In this document: positions 60,359 through 64,000 of the stretch, piece after piece
How the letters are laid out: each line of letters begins with the position of its first letter
Numbering within the stretch: the stretch's first letter is position 1
Source: a candidate division CSSED10-310 bacterium
GTDB taxonomy: Bacteria; CSSED10-310
Length of the DNA: 64,000 bases
Assembly: GCA_016931515.1 (NCBI GenBank)
Contig: JAFGEQ010000011.1
Location: forward strand, 488-64,487
Direction: 5' to 3'
Translations under genes and position numbers: made by a program
The notes under the pieces: generated by a model
What the model was told of the DNA's origin: nothing
The model's input: the letters and a program-made list of their open reading frames with translations, nothing else
The model's database searches: none

Positions 60359-60542
60359 GCAAACTATAAAATCCCATCAACTCAGATTTCGAGTGACGAA
60401 ACAGGCGGATATAAATTCAATCATTCCGATACAATTGGTGTAGTTCGCCCTGACTTCGATAATAATTGATAGTTTTTCTTGCTTTCTTCCGTTCGTTAGC
60501 GAATCATTTATCTCAGATCCAGAAGTTGGAAGGAGGACATGA

Positions 60543-60863
60543 ATGAAAAAAGTATATGAGACTTTAGATCCTCTCGTTTTGGGGCATTTCAAAAATCTTC
60601 TTGAGAATGAAAACATATCCTGCATGACTCGAAATGAATATCTGGCAAGCGCGGCGGGCGGACTGCCACCGACGGAATGCTGGTACGAAATCTGGGTTGA
60701 CAATGATCGTCAATATAATGATGCCAAAAAGATTATTGAAACTGCATTATCCGATGAGGTTCCTTCCGGCCCTCCATGGATATGCTCAAATTGCGGTGAA
60801 GAGAATGAGAATCACTTCACGGAATGCTGGAAATGTGGCTGGGAGAAACCCATTACTACATGA
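60543..60863 (+). CDS. DUF2007 domain protein with a C-terminal RanBP2-like zinc finger
   Basis: KNLLENENI.C..RNEYL...GGLP..ECW.EIWV; WICSNCGEENENHFTECWKCG. Confidence 0.85.
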   Translation: MKKVYETLDPLVLGHFKNLLENENISCMTRNEYLASAAGGLPPTECWYEIWVDNDRQYNDAKKIIETALSDEVPSGPPWICSNCGEENENHFTECWKCGWEKPITT

Positions 60864-60962
60864 CATCACTGCACAAGGATTCGGGCTATACGACGGTCGC
60901 TCTCCCGGGAGCAGGAGCTGTGGGCAGCCTCTTGAAGATGAGCGGCTATTTAAATACAAAAA

Positions 60963-61076
60963 CTTGAAACTGAACGCCTCTTACTGAGAGCAATCTCGCC
61001 GGAAGACAGATTTATCATCCTCGAAAACTACTCCGATCCGGATGTGGCGAACTGGTTCTTCGATCGCCCGTTCACC
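60963..61076 (+). pseudogene. N-terminal fragment of a RimJ/RimL-type GNAT acetyltransferase
   Basis: LETERLLLRAISPED...YSDPDVANW; no in-frame start; truncated. Confidence 0.6.
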
Positions 61077-61239
61077 CGAGTCGAACACGCCGACCCGGTC
61101 ACCAGTGATTTCCTCGAAAAGGCTGCGCAAGGCAAGGGTCTTGCCAGTGCTCCAAGCAGGGGAGCTTCAAGCAAAAAGAATTTTGAAAAGCTGCCTGAAC
61201 TCAGGAACCAGTGATTTCATCTGTGTTGTTGAGCGAACA

Positions 61240-61450
61240 CCAGGAATTCCTGGAGGACGGCTGGTTCCATGACCAGGACCCGCTCGACTGGTCGAAGAAG
61301 AAACGATTTGCCGGCATTTTCCGCCTATACCAAGACCTGATCCGGTTGAGATTGAACAAGGACGGGCACACCGCCGGGCTCTGCGGGCAAGCGGTCGGTG
61401 TCCACCACGCTGATGGAGAACGCAAGGTGCTGGCATTACACCGATGGGGG
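61240..61450 (+). pseudogene. Internal fragment of a GH13 alpha-amylase/branching-enzyme-like gene
   Basis: QEFLEDGWFHDQDPLDW...LYQDLIRLR...GL.GQ...KVLALHRW. Confidence 0.6.
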
Positions 61451-61496
61451 CGCGAGCGGGGGACAGCGTGCTTATCTTGTCACAAGACAAGAAATC

Positions 61497-61644
61497 AGCT
61501 AACAACCGGCTTCACAAGGTTCAGCGTCTTGCTCTGCAACGCGAAACGCGCCTCCGAACAATGCGCTTGACTCACATTCGCCTTGCTGTCCAGAGGCTTC
61601 GCCTGTTACAATCAATTCAAAGTGTGTGAGCGCCGCGATTAGCT
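61497..61644 (+). other. attC-like recombination site (R' box ATT instead of GTT)
   Basis: AGCTAAC-5nt-GCTTCACA ... TGTGAGC-6nt-ATTAGCT: canonical spacing and one extra base in the left L box. Confidence 0.72.
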
Positions 61645-61655
61645 GAGCAGATTTT

Positions 61656-62630
61656 ATGACAAGACAGAAAACGTTTATCCTTTTGGCAGTAGTGCTGTTG
61701 CTCCCTGTAGATCACGGTGCAGGTATAGCGAGTGGTTACAAGCTCCCCCAGATAGAGAACGATTTCCAGTCACGAGATAGGTCTATCGTTTTCTTCGGCA
61801 TTGTTGTTGACAATAACGAGCATCCTGTCGCAGATGCCATAGTGGAGATCCACTATCGGCACTACTCCCCCAAAGTCACTATCGGAATCGACAGGAAACA
61901 TATCACCACGGATGAAGCAGGGCGCTTCACTGTTGACGGAATAGAAGGAACGGAACTGTTCATCAACAATATTTCGAAGTTCGGATATGAGTTCACCTAT
62001 TTTGACCGGAAGAACTTCTCATACTGGGATCACTTTCCAGAGAAGGTTTTCAAGCCCGACAAGCGGAGCCCTGTTAAGTTCATGCTACGCAAGAAGAATC
62101 CTGCAGCACTGGTTTTCCCTGGAATAGTGTCGAAGACATTTGAATCAGATACCCCATCGCAATTCTATGATGCAGCCCAACACATATTCTGGACAAAACA
62201 GATTGATGGCACTCCCAGGATTAAGGATGTGAAAGTATTTGCTGTACGTGATCCACTGAAAGAAGTGTGGACACTAACGTTTGAGACTCTCAAGCCAGAA
62301 GACGGATTGATTCTTTCAGATAAAAAGCTGTTTACTGTTCCTTCTTCTGGTTTCAAGTCCCAAGTCTCGGTTGATGTGCCTGTCGATCCCCAACGCCAAC
62401 CTTTTCACCTCTATTTCAAATCTCGATCTGCCACTGTATATTCGGGTTTGGATGGCACGCTTCGGGCTTGGCCGGAACGGGTCTACCTCACCTTTGACTC
62501 AAGAACGAATCTCAACGGAAATCCGAATATAGACTTCTATGAAGAAATCTACGCTGACTATTGGGCTAAGAAAGTGGCAGAGCAGAGAAGAATCAGAGAA
62601 GAGCGAAAGAAGAAATCAGCTAACGAATGA
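61656..62630 (+). CDS. Secreted hypothetical protein with a carboxypeptidase-regulatory-like domain (putative gene cassette)
   Basis: Signal peptide; FFGIVVDNNEHPVADAIV...TTDEAGRFTV; flanked by attC-like sites. Confidence 0.7.
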   Translation: MTRQKTFILLAVVLLLPVDHGAGIASGYKLPQIENDFQSRDRSIVFFGIVVDNNEHPVADAIVEIHYRHYSPKVTIGIDRKHITTDEAGRFTVDGIEGTELFINNISKFGYEFTYFDRKNFSYWDHFPEKVFKPDKRSPVKFMLRKKNPAALVFPGIVSKTFESDTPSQFYDAAQHIFWTKQIDGTPRIKDVKVFAVRDPLKEVWTLTFETLKPEDGLILSDKKLFTVPSSGFKSQVSVDVPVDPQRQPFHLYFKSRSATVYSGLDGTLRAWPERVYLTFDSRTNLNGNPNIDFYEEIYADYWAKKVAEQRRIREERKKKSANE

Positions 62631-62745
62631 ATTCAGGATATTTGTCCCTGGCGCGCCGAATTTACAGCCTCGCGTTCGCCTTAAAATGGTTATTTATGGG
62701 AAGGTTTCTTCGGAAGTGCTTTGGCCTGAATTCTGGAGGTCAGTA
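62618..62745 (+). other. attC-like recombination site (R' box GTC instead of GTT)
   Basis: AGCTAAC-5nt-AATTCAGG ... CCTGAATT-6nt-GTCAGTA; overlaps the stop of the preceding gene. Confidence 0.6.
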
Positions 62746-63298
62746 TAAATCGAATTTTCTTCTTTTTTTATTTTTTTTTCTGGGAATCACAGTTTTCGCT
62801 CAAACGGATTGGGTAAGTGTTCAGCCGGGTGGGAACAACTTTAATTTTCAAAATCCCCAAGTGAAAATTCCCTCTGGATACAATGATGTTTTGATTGGCG
62901 ATGGATTACAGTATTTGATACCTGATAGAGAAAACGACGATCCCAATTTGACATACAATTATTTAGATAATCTGGATGACCATCGAGTTTCATTGATTCG
63001 GATTTCTATGGAGAACCCGATGCGTGTTACTTACTCTTCAAAAGGTGATCCATTCTACTTCAATTCTTTTTGAATGGAAGATCGCCTTGGATCATTTGAG
63101 GATTCTACTCATTAATCAATGAACGAAAACCCAGGTAGTTTTAGGATTATTACTCAGGTTGGCGATACATGGATGAGAGGAAGCTCAGCAAAAAATCTGT
63201 TGCTAGGAGCGGTAGATGCTCCTGAAATGGCAAATTTCTTTATTATAACAAAGGTAACTTTTATTCCGCAGGGTAACTACGATAGTAATTTTAAATGA
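62745..63298 (+). pseudogene. Decayed secreted-protein gene (AT-rich)
   Basis: Signal-peptide-like KSNFLLFLFFFLGITVFAQ without a start codon; frame continues through stops at 63071 and 63113. Confidence 0.45.
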
Positions 63299-63433
63299 AA
63301 GCCTGCGCTGATGAGTAAATTGCAATAACAAAACAGAAGAAAAAAGGTATTTGCACTAATCGCGGTACTCCGCAGGCTCCGGTTTGCAGGTAATTTGTAA
63401 CGATTCACTCCCGGATGCAATAGTGATATTGAT

Positions 63434-64000
63434 TTATCGGAAGTCCGTTTCTCTGGGCAGAGCCTCCGGCAGATCGATCAGGCCCTGTTGGAACCAGGGG
63501 AACGCCAGGATCGGGATGCCACGGCTGTAACAGGTTAGAAAACTGTTTTCCGGACTGTCGCAGAAACCTTCCCAGCGACAGTTTCCTGTGCGGTGTGTGA
63601 CGGATTCCACCTGCAGCTTCAGATACTTGGCGTGCTGCCGGTGGTAATCGATATCAGCTCCGAGATACAGAGCGGCCAGATCGCGCCACATGTTCTGGGA
63701 GATCCACACATTGGCATGGCCGTCGCGGTGGCTGTCGCCATAACCGGTCTGCGTTTTCTCATGGGCGGATTCGAGATGAAACCGCATGCGGGTTTCCAGG
63801 TCGACGGGTGCGCTCAACCCGCACAGCCACAGGGCGACCAGCCCGTGAGCGGCGTAATTGCAATACCCGTTCGGATCCTCATTGCCATTTGATGTGTTGA
63901 TGGGTTTGTCGTGATCCAGCGGCAGCAGCACGCCGGTCACTTTGCCCTGCTCCGGAGCGGTGGATTGCGGCGCCGGCAGAGCGATTGGGAAAAGCGTGCC
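63434..64000 (-). CDS. Hypothetical protein, 3' part only (GC-rich)
   Basis: 168-aa ORF in the track, apparently entering from beyond the window edge. Confidence 0.55.
   Translation of the reverse strand, partial: GTLFPIALPAPQSTAPEQGKVTGVLLPLDHDKPINTSNGNEDPNGYCNYAAHGLVALWLCGLSAPVDLETRMRFHLESAHEKTQTGYGDSHRDGHANVWISQNMWRDLAALYLGADIDYHRQHAKYLKLQVESVTHRTGNCRWEGFCDSPENSFLTCYSRGIPILAFPWFQQGLIDLPEALPRETDFR

Noticed and set aside
60857..60925. Third attC site after DUF2007
   Set aside because: Faint resemblance only; no AAC/GTT boxes or convincing L-box pairing

Overview
Chromosomal window from a diderm (Gram-negative) bacterium: it carries Tol-Pal, lpxH, FadL and outer-membrane barrel genes. The C-terminal domain of the S8 protease resembles, from memory only, one seen in candidate division CSSED10-310. 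Positions 1-51 kb are mostly core or housekeeping genes: a PEGA/beta-propeller/PDZ envelope cluster; a glycogen-synthesis operon interleaved with a radical SAM enzyme, a GT2, DUF2452 and a GT-C glycosyltransferase; pepP, add, fadL-fadD, glmU-like-glmS and a divergent sigma-70; ruvX-mltG-tolQRAB-pal-cpoB; rsfS and rplU-rpmA-obgE-nadD-surE; an S8 protease, lpxH-comF-metH and gap-tpiA. Positions 51-64 kb are plastic. A decayed IS66/DUF4338 element and a GT-C gene separate tpiA from secG-tRNA-Leu(GAG). Downstream of the tRNA lie tandem GT-C paralogs, heptamer repeats and a decaying integron-type cassette array with two attC-like sites and no integrase in the window. Best leads: the attC array, the glycogen/glycosylation hybrid operon, a probable AUU start for rsfS, a long intergenic RNA-like hairpin, an anti-SD in front of an orphan pilin and a possible lineage-specific C-terminal sorting domain. 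All calls come from reading motifs by eye; no database searches were run.
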